Positions 39,163 through 48,474 of a DNA stretch of 64,000 bases are shown one piece after another. Position 1 is the first letter of the stretch; each line of letters opens with the position of its first letter. The notes beneath the pieces are model-generated. The model saw nothing but the letters and a program-made list of their open reading frames with translations, had not been told where the DNA came from and ran no database searches. Origin of the DNA: an uncultured Desulfatitalea sp. GTDB lineage: Bacteria > Desulfobacterota > Desulfobacteria > Desulfobacterales > Desulfosarcinaceae. The stretch lies in the NCBI GenBank assembly GCA_963668675.2, contig CAXXMB010000001.1:416001-480000 (forward strand). The letters are read 5' to 3'. The position numbers and the translations under genes were made by a program.

Positions 39163-41058
39163 ATGTGCGGAATATTCGGTATCGCGTCAGATAAGCTGAC
39201 CATCGATCAGAAAACCCTGGAAGCGCGCACCAACACGCTCGCCCATCGCGGACCGGACGATGCCGGGACGCACCTGGACGAGCGCGCCGGATTGGGGCAC
39301 CGGAGGTTGAGCATCATCGACCTGGCCGGAGGGAAACAGCCCATCTACAATGAAGACGGCTCCAAGTGCATCGTGTTCAACGGAGAGATTTACAACTACC
39401 AATCCCTGCGCGATCAATTGGTGCAAAAAGGACATCGCTTTGCCACGAACAGCGATACCGAAACGATCCTTCACGCTTACGAGGAGTGGGGGGAATCCTC
39501 GGTGGAACTTTTACGGGGCATGTTCGCCTATGCGATCTGGGACAGCACCGCCGGCGAGCTGTTCCTGGCGCGCGACAGACTCGGCATCAAACCCCTTTTT
39601 TATGGAGAGCACAACCGTCACTTCTACTTTGCCTCAGAGATGAAAGCCATACTGGCCGACGCCGCTTTTCCGCGAAAGATCGACGAACAGGCCCTTGCCG
39701 CCTACTTTAACTTTTCCTACATCCCGGCGCCCATGACCATTTTTACCGGGGTCCGCAAGCTTCTGCCAGGGCACACCTTGATGTGGAAGCAGGGGCAGGT
39801 CACCGTGCGCAAGTACTGGGACATTTACTTCGAACCCGATCACACCCGGAGCGAAAAAGAGACCATCGAGACCTACCTTGAGATGATGCAGGAAGCCGTG
39901 AGCATGCGTCTGATGAGCGAAGTGCCCCTGGGCGCCTTCCTCAGCGGTGGTATCGATTCCAGTCTGGTAGTGGCGCTGATGAGCAAGGCAGACACCTCCG
40001 CCGTCAATACCTTTTGCATTGGATTTGGCGGAAACGTCGGAGGGTACCTCGACGAGCGCGATTACGCTCGCATGGTGGCCGAACGATACAACACCCGGCA
40101 TCGGACCATGGAGGTCATCCCCAGCTCCGAAGGACTCATCGACAAAATCGTAACTGCCTTCGACGAACCTTTTGCCGATGATTCGACCATTCCCTCCTAC
40201 TACGTGTGCCAGATGGCCCGGAAGCAGGTGACCGTGGCCCTGTCGGGGCTGGGGGGCGACGAGGCATTCGCCGGGTACGAGCGCTATCTCGGTTTCAAAC
40301 TGCGATCCTTATATACCCACCTGCCCGGGATGCTCACCGGCAACCTGCTGCCCGGCATCGTCAATCGCCTGCCCGAGCGCAGAGACGGACATTACACCAT
40401 TAACCATATCAAGCGATTCATCCGATCGGCCAACCTTCCGCCGGACCTGAGCTACATCGGCTACATTTCCCGGCTTGACCTCCGCACCCGGGAAAGCTTC
40501 TTCAACGACCGCAGCAAATTCGACGGCTACTTGCATGCCGCTGAAGATCAATACCGGGAGCTGTTCAATTCGACCAATGTCAGTTCCGGCAGCGACAGCC
40601 TGGACCGGGTCTTCTATTGCGACCTCAAGACCTATCTTCCCGAAGACATCCTGGCCGTGACCGACCGCATGAGTATGGAGCACGCCCTTGAGGTGCGGGT
40701 CCCGTTTATTGATCACGAAGTGCTGGAATTCTGCGCCACCATTCCGTCCGAAATGAAAATGAAGTGGTTCCGCAAAAAGCACCTTCTCAAAAAGATCGCG
40801 CGACCGTTGCTTCCCCCCCAGGTCATCGACCACCGCAAGCAGGGGTTCGTCGGCCCCATGGCCCAGTGGCTGAAGCACGATTTGAAAACATATGTCATGG
40901 AGACCCTGCACCCGCGAAAACTGGACAAACACGGCTATCTGAATGCTCAAAAAGTGTCAGCGATCCTCGACGACCATTTCAGCGGCCGGGAGATCCATGA
41001 TACGCTGATCTGGTCGATGGTCATCTTTCAAAGCTGGTATGAGAAGTACATTCAATGA
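39163..41058 (+). CDS. asnB: Asparagine synthase-like glutamine amidotransferase, paralog 2
   Basis: MCGI, HRGPD, RLSIIDL, LSGGIDSS, DEPFAD, GLGGDE, KQGF. Confidence 0.93.
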   Translation: MCGIFGIASDKLTIDQKTLEARTNTLAHRGPDDAGTHLDERAGLGHRRLSIIDLAGGKQPIYNEDGSKCIVFNGEIYNYQSLRDQLVQKGHRFATNSDTETILHAYEEWGESSVELLRGMFAYAIWDSTAGELFLARDRLGIKPLFYGEHNRHFYFASEMKAILADAAFPRKIDEQALAAYFNFSYIPAPMTIFTGVRKLLPGHTLMWKQGQVTVRKYWDIYFEPDHTRSEKETIETYLEMMQEAVSMRLMSEVPLGAFLSGGIDSSLVVALMSKADTSAVNTFCIGFGGNVGGYLDERDYARMVAERYNTRHRTMEVIPSSEGLIDKIVTAFDEPFADDSTIPSYYVCQMARKQVTVALSGLGGDEAFAGYERYLGFKLRSLYTHLPGMLTGNLLPGIVNRLPERRDGHYTINHIKRFIRSANLPPDLSYIGYISRLDLRTRESFFNDRSKFDGYLHAAEDQYRELFNSTNVSSGSDSLDRVFYCDLKTYLPEDILAVTDRMSMEHALEVRVPFIDHEVLEFCATIPSEMKMKWFRKKHLLKKIARPLLPPQVIDHRKQGFVGPMAQWLKHDLKTYVMETLHPRKLDKHGYLNAQKVSAILDDHFSGREIHDTLIWSMVIFQSWYEKYIQ

Positions 41059-41065
41059 ACCGCTG

Positions 41066-41209
41066 AAACAAATCCGAAATTCAGATTTTTCAAAAAGCCT
41101 GGATCCCGGCCTTCGCCGGGATGACGGAAGAATGGCCGGGATGCTGCGCAAGACATGTTTCGAGTTTAGAATTTCGGATTTCGGGTTTCGAAATTTTCAA
41201 GAGGTATTC
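41066..41209. repeat. Family C composite element
   Basis: aaatccgaaattcag...ctggatcccggccttcgccgggatgac...gcaagacatgtttcg...gaggtattc. Confidence 0.75.
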
Positions 41210-41243
41210 GGCTTTGGGATTACTCTTTACATAAGGAGCATCC

Positions 41244-42362
41244 ATGCAATTCCTATTCTGGTTAGTAGCTTTCCTTTGCATCTTCTCCTACGCGATCTAC
41301 CCCATTCTGGTATACATATGGACGCTGATCGCCCGCAACCGGTGGAAGCAGGCTGAAATCACGCCCAGCGTCAGCATCATCGTCTCCGTTTACAACGAAG
41401 AGGCGGTGATTGCAGCCAAGCTGGACAATGCGTTGGCATTGGATTATCCCTCCGAACAGCTTGAGATCGTCGTCAGTTCGGACGGATCCACCGACCGTAC
41501 CCATGACATCGTACGCTCCATTGCCGATGACCGGGTAAAATTGCACGAATTCCCACGCTTGGGCAAAACCGCCTGCCTGAACCGGGTCGTACCCCAAGCC
41601 AAAGGCGATATCGTACTGTTTACCGACGCCAACGCCATGTTCCCCAAGGACACCCTGCGCAAGATGGTGCGCAACTTCAGCGATGAACGGGTAGGGCTGG
41701 TCACTGGTGGAACCCGCTATTTCAGCACGGAAAACGAGGAAGAGGTGACCGGACTTTACGCCAAACTGGAGCGCTGGACCAAACAGCACGAAAGCATCAT
41801 CTCTTCATGCGTGGGCGCCGACGGCGCCATATTCGCCATTCGGCGCTCCTTGTTTGTGCCGCTGAAGGGCAATGACATCAACGATTTTATCATACCGCTC
41901 AATGTAATCGAAAAAGGTCATCGCGTCGTGTTGGACCCCGAGGCCAATTGCCAGGAGCCGGCGTCGGATGACGAGGCAAAAGCCTTCCGTCGCCAGGTGC
42001 GCATCACCAACCGCACCGCATGGGCGATCGTGCGCAATCTGCGCTTCCTCGATGTCCGGCGTTTCGGTACTTTTGCCTTCTTCCTGCTCTCCCATAAACT
42101 GCTGCGCTTCGGCGTTCCGTTCTTCTTTATCCTGCTGGGCCTGCTCAACCTACTGGTCATAGGTCAAGGAGCGATCTACATTCTTACATTTCTCGGCTAT
42201 ATCGCATTTGTCGTCCTTGGTCTGCTCAGCTATATCCAAAAAACGAAGAATAAAATCGCCGCTATCTGCAAGTTCTTCCTAATCACGATCACGGCCCAAC
42301 TTATCGGCGTGGCCCGTATGCTAGTGGGAATTGAAGACAAAATATGGACACCGCAGAGGTGA
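41244..42362 (+). CDS. Glycosyltransferase family 2, membrane-anchored
   Basis: VYNEE, SDGSTD, GKTACLN, TDAN, GADGAIFAIRR, RRQVRI. Confidence 0.9.
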   Translation: MQFLFWLVAFLCIFSYAIYPILVYIWTLIARNRWKQAEITPSVSIIVSVYNEEAVIAAKLDNALALDYPSEQLEIVVSSDGSTDRTHDIVRSIADDRVKLHEFPRLGKTACLNRVVPQAKGDIVLFTDANAMFPKDTLRKMVRNFSDERVGLVTGGTRYFSTENEEEVTGLYAKLERWTKQHESIISSCVGADGAIFAIRRSLFVPLKGNDINDFIIPLNVIEKGHRVVLDPEANCQEPASDDEAKAFRRQVRITNRTAWAIVRNLRFLDVRRFGTFAFFLLSHKLLRFGVPFFFILLGLLNLLVIGQGAIYILTFLGYIAFVVLGLLSYIQKTKNKIAAICKFFLITITAQLIGVARMLVGIEDKIWTPQR

Positions 42363-42401
42363 CGGTGGGTTTCGAATTCAAAATCTATTTTAATCTCCAA
42401 C

Positions 42402-42557
42402 TTGATGCATTCGCAAAAAGTCATTCATACGTCATGCCGGACTTGATCCGGCATCCATAAACCATTGAAAGACTGGATAGCGCGAAAGCTTCACTGCGTG
42501 CCTGGCTTTCGCCGGAATGACGGAAAAAGCACTTTTGGAATTATTACGAGTTCGTTC
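42402..42557. repeat. Family F element with internal family A palindromes
   Basis: ttgatgcattcgcaaaaagtc...gtcatgccggacttgatccggcatcc...ggctttcgccggaatgac...ttacgagttcgttc. Confidence 0.7.
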
Positions 42558-42579
42558 TACTTGATGAGCCCCATAAACC

Positions 42580-43740
42580 ATGACTATGCCAAAACCTAAA
42601 TCATCGCCCCCAAAACCCAACGTCATGATCGTCATCGCCACCGATATCATCGGCGGTCCAGGCAAAGGGTTGTTTCAATTTCTGCGCTTTTCCGATCATC
42701 GCAGATTCGATTACTTGCTGTGTAATTACGACCGGGCCGGATGGACCGGTTACCGTAACGATTTTCTGGATATGGCGCGAGATCAGGGCATTCAAGTGCA
42801 TCGCTTTTATCAGCGCTTCACCATCGATCCGCTGCTGGTCCTGCAGGCTTACCGTACTATCAAGGCAAACGGCATTAACATCGTGCAGACCCACAGCTAC
42901 AAATCCAATATCCTCGGTTTTCTGCTCAAGCGGATGTTCGGTATCCCCTGGATCGCCTTTGCGCATGGATACACCGGAGAGAACAAGAAGGTCGCCCTTT
43001 ACAATCGCCTGGACCTTTGGTGCTATCAATATGCCGATCTGGCGGTGGTGGTGTCCGATCCGCTCAAACGGCTGCTGCAGTCAAAGGGGACCCATCCGCA
43101 ACGCATCATCAAGCTTCCCAATGCCGTAGACCGAAGAGAACTAACGCCCCAAACCGAACCGCAGGTGTTGAGAGAGAAATGGTCCATAGATGCTGAAAGA
43201 CCCGTCATCGCCGTCATCGGACGATTGAGCCCCGAAAAAGGCCAGATGGTTTTTCTGCAGGCTTTTCAGGAGGCCGGAAAGCGTATCGAGGGCCTCCAGG
43301 CATTGATTATCGGCGACGGACAGGAGCTGGAAAACCTGCAGCAGTTCTGCCGTGAAAACGGCATGGCTGAAGACGTCATCTTTACTGGCCATGTCACCAA
43401 TGTGGGCGACTATTACCGCTTGATCGATCTCCTGGTCATCCCGTCCTACAGTGAAGGCTTGCCCAACGTTTTACTCGAAGCCATGGCCTTAGGGGTTCCG
43501 GTGGTATCGACCAAAGTGGGCGCCGTAGGAGAAGTCCTGCAGGGCATGGAGGAAAACATGGTAACGCCGGGCGACCACTACGCCTTGGCCGAACGAATAT
43601 CAACGTTCTTGGCCGATCCGGACCTGAAGCAACGGAGCACAACCAAGGCTGGCAAAATCATCACCAGACGCTACAACCCAAAAATGCGAGCAGAAAGATT
43701 GGTTTCATTATATGACCGAATATTGAGACGACAGATCTAA
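42580..43740 (+). CDS. Glycosyltransferase family 4
   Basis: IIGGPG, THSYK, AHGY, GRLSPEKG, SEGLPNVLLEAM. Confidence 0.9.
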   Translation: MTMPKPKSSPPKPNVMIVIATDIIGGPGKGLFQFLRFSDHRRFDYLLCNYDRAGWTGYRNDFLDMARDQGIQVHRFYQRFTIDPLLVLQAYRTIKANGINIVQTHSYKSNILGFLLKRMFGIPWIAFAHGYTGENKKVALYNRLDLWCYQYADLAVVVSDPLKRLLQSKGTHPQRIIKLPNAVDRRELTPQTEPQVLREKWSIDAERPVIAVIGRLSPEKGQMVFLQAFQEAGKRIEGLQALIIGDGQELENLQQFCRENGMAEDVIFTGHVTNVGDYYRLIDLLVIPSYSEGLPNVLLEAMALGVPVVSTKVGAVGEVLQGMEENMVTPGDHYALAERISTFLADPDLKQRSTTKAGKIITRRYNPKMRAERLVSLYDRILRRQI

Positions 43741-43774
43741 AGCGGTTGTATCAGGCACAATCATCATTGTACGA

Positions 43775-43957
43775 AAAAGAGAAAATTTGAAATTCGGAAT
43801 TAGAATTTCTCATAAGCACTGGATCCCGGCCTTCGCCGGGACGACGAAAAAAAGGCCGGGATGACGAAAAAAAGGCCCGGAATGCCACGCAAGACCTGTT
43901 TCGAATTTATAATTTCGGATTTCGATATTCGGATTTCGTAATTACTTTGAGGTATTC
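43775..43957. repeat. Family C composite element with duplicated ~20-bp unit
   Basis: ...cttcgccgggacgacgaaaaaaaggccgggatgacgaaaaaaaggcccggaatg...gaggtattc. Confidence 0.75.
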
Positions 43958-43976
43958 TGATTTCGGATTTATTTTA

Positions 43977-44229
43977 CCCGGTTCTCTATGGAGATTAAGT
44001 CGCGTCTGTTTTTATTGATCCTACGTTGACACAGCTAACGGCTCCCCCCTTTTTCAAAAGGGGGGCTGGGGGGATTTGATGGGGCCTCAACAGGCTGGAA
44101 TCCCCCTAAATCCCCCTTTGAAAAAGGGGGACTTTCCCATTGCACCGCAGCGATAGTATCAAAGAATCAAATGCGTTGCATGGCCAATTAAAACTACATT
44201 TCGGGCACTTAAGCTTTGTGGAGAACGGG
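43977..44229. mobile_element. MITE-like element family B, copy 3 (diverged, same orientation as copy 1)
   Basis: cccggttctctatggag ... gcacttaagctttgtggagaacggg; no flanking duplication recognised. Confidence 0.8.
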
Positions 44230-44365
44230 GAAAGAGAAAAGCCGAAATTCGGAATTAGAACTTCTCAGAAGCACTGGATCCCGGCCTTCGCCGGGACGAC
44301 GGAAAAGGCCGGGATGCGGCGCAAGACCTGTTTCGTATTTTGAATTTCGGATTTCGGATTTCTTT
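44230..44365. repeat. Family C composite element
   Basis: gccgaaattcggaattagaacttctcagaagcactggatcccggccttcgccggg...tttcggatttcggatttc. Confidence 0.72.
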
Positions 44366-44452
44366 TTAAGTCATTCGAATTTTAGATTTATACTTTTTAG
44401 TATCAAGTTTATCACAATAAATTCAAAAATATAGCATAAATAGGAGTTTTCA

Positions 44453-45607
44453 CTGAACAAGATAAAAGTACTTCACTTCCTTCCCCTTTTCGGTACCGGC
44501 GGTACGGAAAAGGTGGTCATGGATATCTACCAGGGCCTCGACCAGACGCGTTTCGAGTCCCATGTGTGCACCTTTTTCCCAGGCGAGTATGACCGCTATT
44601 TCGAAGAGAATCGCCATCTACGGCATCTCTTGGTCGATGACGGATCGCATCCTGCGCGAAACCTTGCGGGCAAGGGCATCAACATGGTCAACCGTCTCAG
44701 GCGCCTGCGGCGGGCGATGCGCCAGTCGGGTGCCGATGTGGTGCATACCCATCACCTGGGGCCTCTGCTGCATGTCTGGCTGGCGCAGACCCTGATGCGT
44801 GTGGGATTGCCGTGGGTGCATACTGAGCACAACGTGCCGGACCTGGAGCGCGGATATGCCCATCCGGCCTTTCAAAGCCTCAAGCCGCTGCGACGCCCGG
44901 AATACGTCACCGGCGTCTCCCCCAATGTGTGCGCGTATTTGGAGAACGAATGCGGTGTCCGTCCCGAGCGGATCCGGATGGTCGCAAACGGGGTAGATCT
45001 TGGACGCTTCCATCTGGATGTGGAACGCGACCAGATTCGGGGCGACCTGGGCCTTTCAGAAGATGACGAGGTGGTTGGCTGTATCGGCAACCTGCGTGAG
45101 GAGAAGAACCAGCGGCTGGCCATCGAAGCTGTGGCCCGTTTAAAAGGGCAGCGGCCGCGCTTGAAGCTCGTCATCTGCGGCGATGGCGACCGCCGGGGAG
45201 ACTTGGAAGCGTTGGCCGGCTCGCTGGGCGTTGCCGATCGAACCCTGTTTCTCGGATACCGTTTCGATATTCCCCAAATACTGGCGTCCCTGGACCTCTT
45301 TTGCCTGCCGTCTGTATACGAAGGCATGCCGGTATCCGTGCTGGAGGCTTGGGCTTCCGGAAAAGCGGTGGTGGCCACCGACGTGATTGGCATCCGCGAT
45401 CTGGTTGACCACAACCTCAATGGCCGGCTGGTCCCGCCCGACGATCCACAGGCCATGGCCGATGCCATCGGTCACCTGCTGGCAGACCCGTCCGAAATGC
45501 AGCGCATTGCCGACAACGGGGTGCGGCTGGTCAATGAAAGATACAGCCTCAACGCCATGGTGGGCCAATACGCAACCCTTTACGCAAACCTTATGATGAG
45601 GAAGTAA
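44453..45607 (+). CDS. Glycosyltransferase family 4, probable CTG start
   Basis: AGGAG (44442-46) then CTG 44453, giving (M)NKIKVLHFLPLFGTGGTEKVV; HTEH, EKNQ, EGMPVSVLEAW. Confidence 0.88.
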   Translation: MNKIKVLHFLPLFGTGGTEKVVMDIYQGLDQTRFESHVCTFFPGEYDRYFEENRHLRHLLVDDGSHPARNLAGKGINMVNRLRRLRRAMRQSGADVVHTHHLGPLLHVWLAQTLMRVGLPWVHTEHNVPDLERGYAHPAFQSLKPLRRPEYVTGVSPNVCAYLENECGVRPERIRMVANGVDLGRFHLDVERDQIRGDLGLSEDDEVVGCIGNLREEKNQRLAIEAVARLKGQRPRLKLVICGDGDRRGDLEALAGSLGVADRTLFLGYRFDIPQILASLDLFCLPSVYEGMPVSVLEAWASGKAVVATDVIGIRDLVDHNLNGRLVPPDDPQAMADAIGHLLADPSEMQRIADNGVRLVNERYSLNAMVGQYATLYANLMMRK

Positions 45608-45608
45608 T

Positions 45609-47492
45609 ATGTGCGGCATATTTGGCATGGTGCGTTTCAACGATGCGGTCGATCGAAAGCAGGTCGAACGGCTCACCGGCGCTCTGAAACATCGCGGTCC
45701 GGATGCCGAGGGCTTCTATTTCTCTCCGTCCGAGAGCCGGGTCTCTGTCGGCCTGGGCCATCGTCGGTTAAGTATCATCGATCTTTCACCCAACGGGCAC
45801 CAGCCAATGAGCAATGAAGACGGAACAGTCTGGATCGTTTTCAACGGAGAGGTGTACAATTTTCACGAGCATCGCAGAACGTTGCTGGAGAAGGGGCACC
45901 AATTCCGCTCGGAGACCGATACGGAGACCATCATTCATCTGTACGAGGAGCATGGCCCCGCCTGCCTGAAGATGCTCAGAGGCATGTTCGCCCTCGCCAT
46001 CTGGGATGCCCACAGACAGCGCCTGTTCGCGGCCCGCGACCGTCTCGGCAAAAAGCCGTTCTACTACGCCAAAACCGACAAAGGGTTTTATTTCTCCTCC
46101 GAGATCAATCCCCTTTACGAAATCGAGGAGATTGCGCATCAGATCGACAGCGAAGCGCTAGACCTCTATATGTCCTACGGCTACATTCCCAGCCCCCATA
46201 CGATATATACCAAAATCCGCAAACTACCGCCGGCCCATCACCTGACCGTAGATAACCGGAAAATCTCGATAGAACGCTACTGGGAGCTGAGTTACGCACC
46301 CAAGCTCGACGTCTCCTATGAGGAAGCCCGGCACCTGTTGACCGAAAAGATCCGCGAAGCTACCCGGATCAGACTCTTCAGCGATGTGCCGTTGGGATGT
46401 TTTTTAAGCGGAGGCGTGGACTCGAGCGTTGTGCTGGCCCACATGGCCTCGCTTGTCTCCAAGCCGGTGCGCACCTTCTCAATCGGCTTCCCGGACAAAT
46501 CCTTCGACGAAACCCCCTATGCGCGACAGGCCGCCGCCCACTACCGCACCGACCACGAAGAGTTCGTGGTGCAGCCGGCCAACGTCGCCGAGACCATTGC
46601 GCAACTGGTCGAACACTTCGGAGAACCGTTCGGCGACGCCTCGGCCCTGCCGACCTGGTACCTGTCCGAGATGACCCGCAGACATGTCACCGTGGCCCTC
46701 AACGGAGACGGCGGCGACGAGCTCTTCGCCGGCTACAACTGGTACGCAACCGGCACCGGTCTGCACCAGCTCGCCAGGATGGTTCCCGGCAAGCTGGCTG
46801 CCTGGATGACGCCCCATGCGGCCAAATTCAAAGGCCATCCCGGGGTCGGCCGCAAACTCTACCGTCTGATGGAGCTGCTCGCCAAGGATGACCCCGCGCG
46901 CTTTGCCGATCTGCGCCTGCAGCTGGCCAACGGGTACAAGCGCCTGCTATATACGCCCGCGTTTCAAAGCAGGTTGAATCGTAATGCCGACGCCTATCTA
47001 ACCCAGCTGTACACATCGCACCGCTTCGAAGACGAACTGGACCGAATGCTCTACGTTGACGTCTCGAGCTACCTGCCTGAAGAGCTGCTTGTGAAAGTGG
47101 ACCGTGCAACCATGGCCCACTCATTGGAGGGTCGCTCGCCGCTCCTAGACCACGAGCTGGCCGAACTGGCCGCCCGGCTGCCCTCGACCTTCAAGTACCG
47201 CCGGGGCCGCAAGAAGCGCATCCTGCGCGATCTGGCCGCCGATTTGTATCCGACCCGCTTCTTCGAAAGGCCCAAAAGCGGTTTCTCTGTCCCGCTGAAA
47301 GAGTGGTTCAGCGGCGATCTGGCCTTATACGTACAAAAGAGCCTGACCGCCGGACCGATGAACACCGCCGGCCTGTTCAACCCTCAGGGCATAGAGCAGA
47401 TCCTGCAGGAAAATCGAAACGGCGTCCGCGATCACGGCGATTTGATCTGGCGGTTGCTTATGCTATCGGAGTGGTTTAAGCGGTATGGCTAA
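45609..47492 (+). CDS. asnB: Asparagine synthase-like glutamine amidotransferase, paralog 3
   Basis: MCGI, HRGPD, RLSIIDL, LSGGVDSS, EPFGD, GDGGDE, KSGF. Confidence 0.93.
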   Translation: MCGIFGMVRFNDAVDRKQVERLTGALKHRGPDAEGFYFSPSESRVSVGLGHRRLSIIDLSPNGHQPMSNEDGTVWIVFNGEVYNFHEHRRTLLEKGHQFRSETDTETIIHLYEEHGPACLKMLRGMFALAIWDAHRQRLFAARDRLGKKPFYYAKTDKGFYFSSEINPLYEIEEIAHQIDSEALDLYMSYGYIPSPHTIYTKIRKLPPAHHLTVDNRKISIERYWELSYAPKLDVSYEEARHLLTEKIREATRIRLFSDVPLGCFLSGGVDSSVVLAHMASLVSKPVRTFSIGFPDKSFDETPYARQAAAHYRTDHEEFVVQPANVAETIAQLVEHFGEPFGDASALPTWYLSEMTRRHVTVALNGDGGDELFAGYNWYATGTGLHQLARMVPGKLAAWMTPHAAKFKGHPGVGRKLYRLMELLAKDDPARFADLRLQLANGYKRLLYTPAFQSRLNRNADAYLTQLYTSHRFEDELDRMLYVDVSSYLPEELLVKVDRATMAHSLEGRSPLLDHELAELAARLPSTFKYRRGRKKRILRDLAADLYPTRFFERPKSGFSVPLKEWFSGDLALYVQKSLTAGPMNTAGLFNPQGIEQILQENRNGVRDHGDLIWRLLMLSEWFKRYG

Positions 47493-47520
47493 ATGACCGT
47501 AGCCTCGGTTATCGAACCGG

Positions 47521-47655
47521 AGATGAGTAGACCAGCACTTGTCATACCGGACCTGATCCGGCATCCAGATGTTGCGGGAACAAAACTTCGACTATACTCC
47601 AGCTCTTGCCGGGATGCCGCGCAAGACAGGTTTAGAATTTAGAATTTCGGATTTT
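47521..47655. repeat. Family A palindrome plus family C right arm between convergent genes (possible bidirectional terminator)
   Basis: gtcataccggacctgatccggcatccag ... gcaagacaggtttagaatttagaatttcggatttt. Confidence 0.6.
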
Positions 47656-47673
47656 CTTTCACCTATCTCTCCA

Positions 47674-48297
47674 TCAACACCGTACCTTAAGATTAAAGGG
47701 CCCTATCGCAGTAATGGTCCTGAACTGCTTGAAGCCGGCCCGCAGCATCGGTTTGATCGACGCAATGTTCGTCTTGTGGATCACCACCACGGCCTTGCGA
47801 TATCCAGCCTGACGAAGATAGTGGCAGGCATAGCGGGCGATCTTCTCGGAGAGTGCCCGGCCGCGGAACCTGGGTAGGGTCGTAACATAGTAAAGCTCGG
47901 CCGTGTCCGGTTTCAACTTGAAGAAGCGGCTGTACTCGCCCGGCAAGCTGATCCAATAGATCAGGGCGATCTCATCTTCATGATAGAGCAGAAAGCACAA
48001 ATGCAGGTTTAAAATATCAGCGTAGTAGCACTCGCGCGGCATCTGGTGATCGGTGCAGATCCGGCGCAACTCATCCGCATCGGTCTTGACTTCGATGCGA
48101 AAAGGCGTCTCGAACTCGAATGGGGGTGCATCGGCAATCCGATCGTATTCAAAGGCCAGAAACTTGTTGATCCGAAACAGCGAGAAGTAAAGATAGCGCA
48201 GAACGGCAAAATTCTGGTCGGAATAGTGATAGCTCGCATTTTCGCGAATATTCTCAATCACCGATTTGATTTTTCGAAGCGTTTTTCCGATGGCCAT
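47674..48297 (-). CDS. GNAT family N-acetyltransferase
   Basis: VTTLPRFRGRAL (AcCoA motif A), NIASIKPMLRAGF; GAGGG RBS on the minus strand; only credible minus-strand gene. Confidence 0.78.
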   Translation of the reverse strand: MAIGKTLRKIKSVIENIRENASYHYSDQNFAVLRYLYFSLFRINKFLAFEYDRIADAPPFEFETPFRIEVKTDADELRRICTDHQMPRECYYADILNLHLCFLLYHEDEIALIYWISLPGEYSRFFKLKPDTAELYYVTTLPRFRGRALSEKIARYACHYLRQAGYRKAVVVIHKTNIASIKPMLRAGFKQFRTITAIGPFNLKVRC

Positions 48298-48370
48298 GTT
48301 GCCCTCGCGAAAATGAGCGTTATTGTTGAAGCATTCGTTTTTCCCTCCTGAAGCGGAGAAATGATCTATT

Positions 48371-48404
48371 CGAACCGTTGGGCCGAACCGTTGGGCCGAA
48401 CCGT
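48371..48404. repeat. 13-bp tandem repeat (CGAACCGTTGGGC x2.6)
   Basis: Exact copies at 48371-48383 and 48384-48396, partial at 48397-48404, in a divergent intergenic region. Confidence 0.85.
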
Positions 48405-48474
48405 CAGGTCCGTTGCATCATTGTAGCAATGAATGGCGACAAAGCAAGGTTGGGGTGAAAGGTACCTTAAGGCC

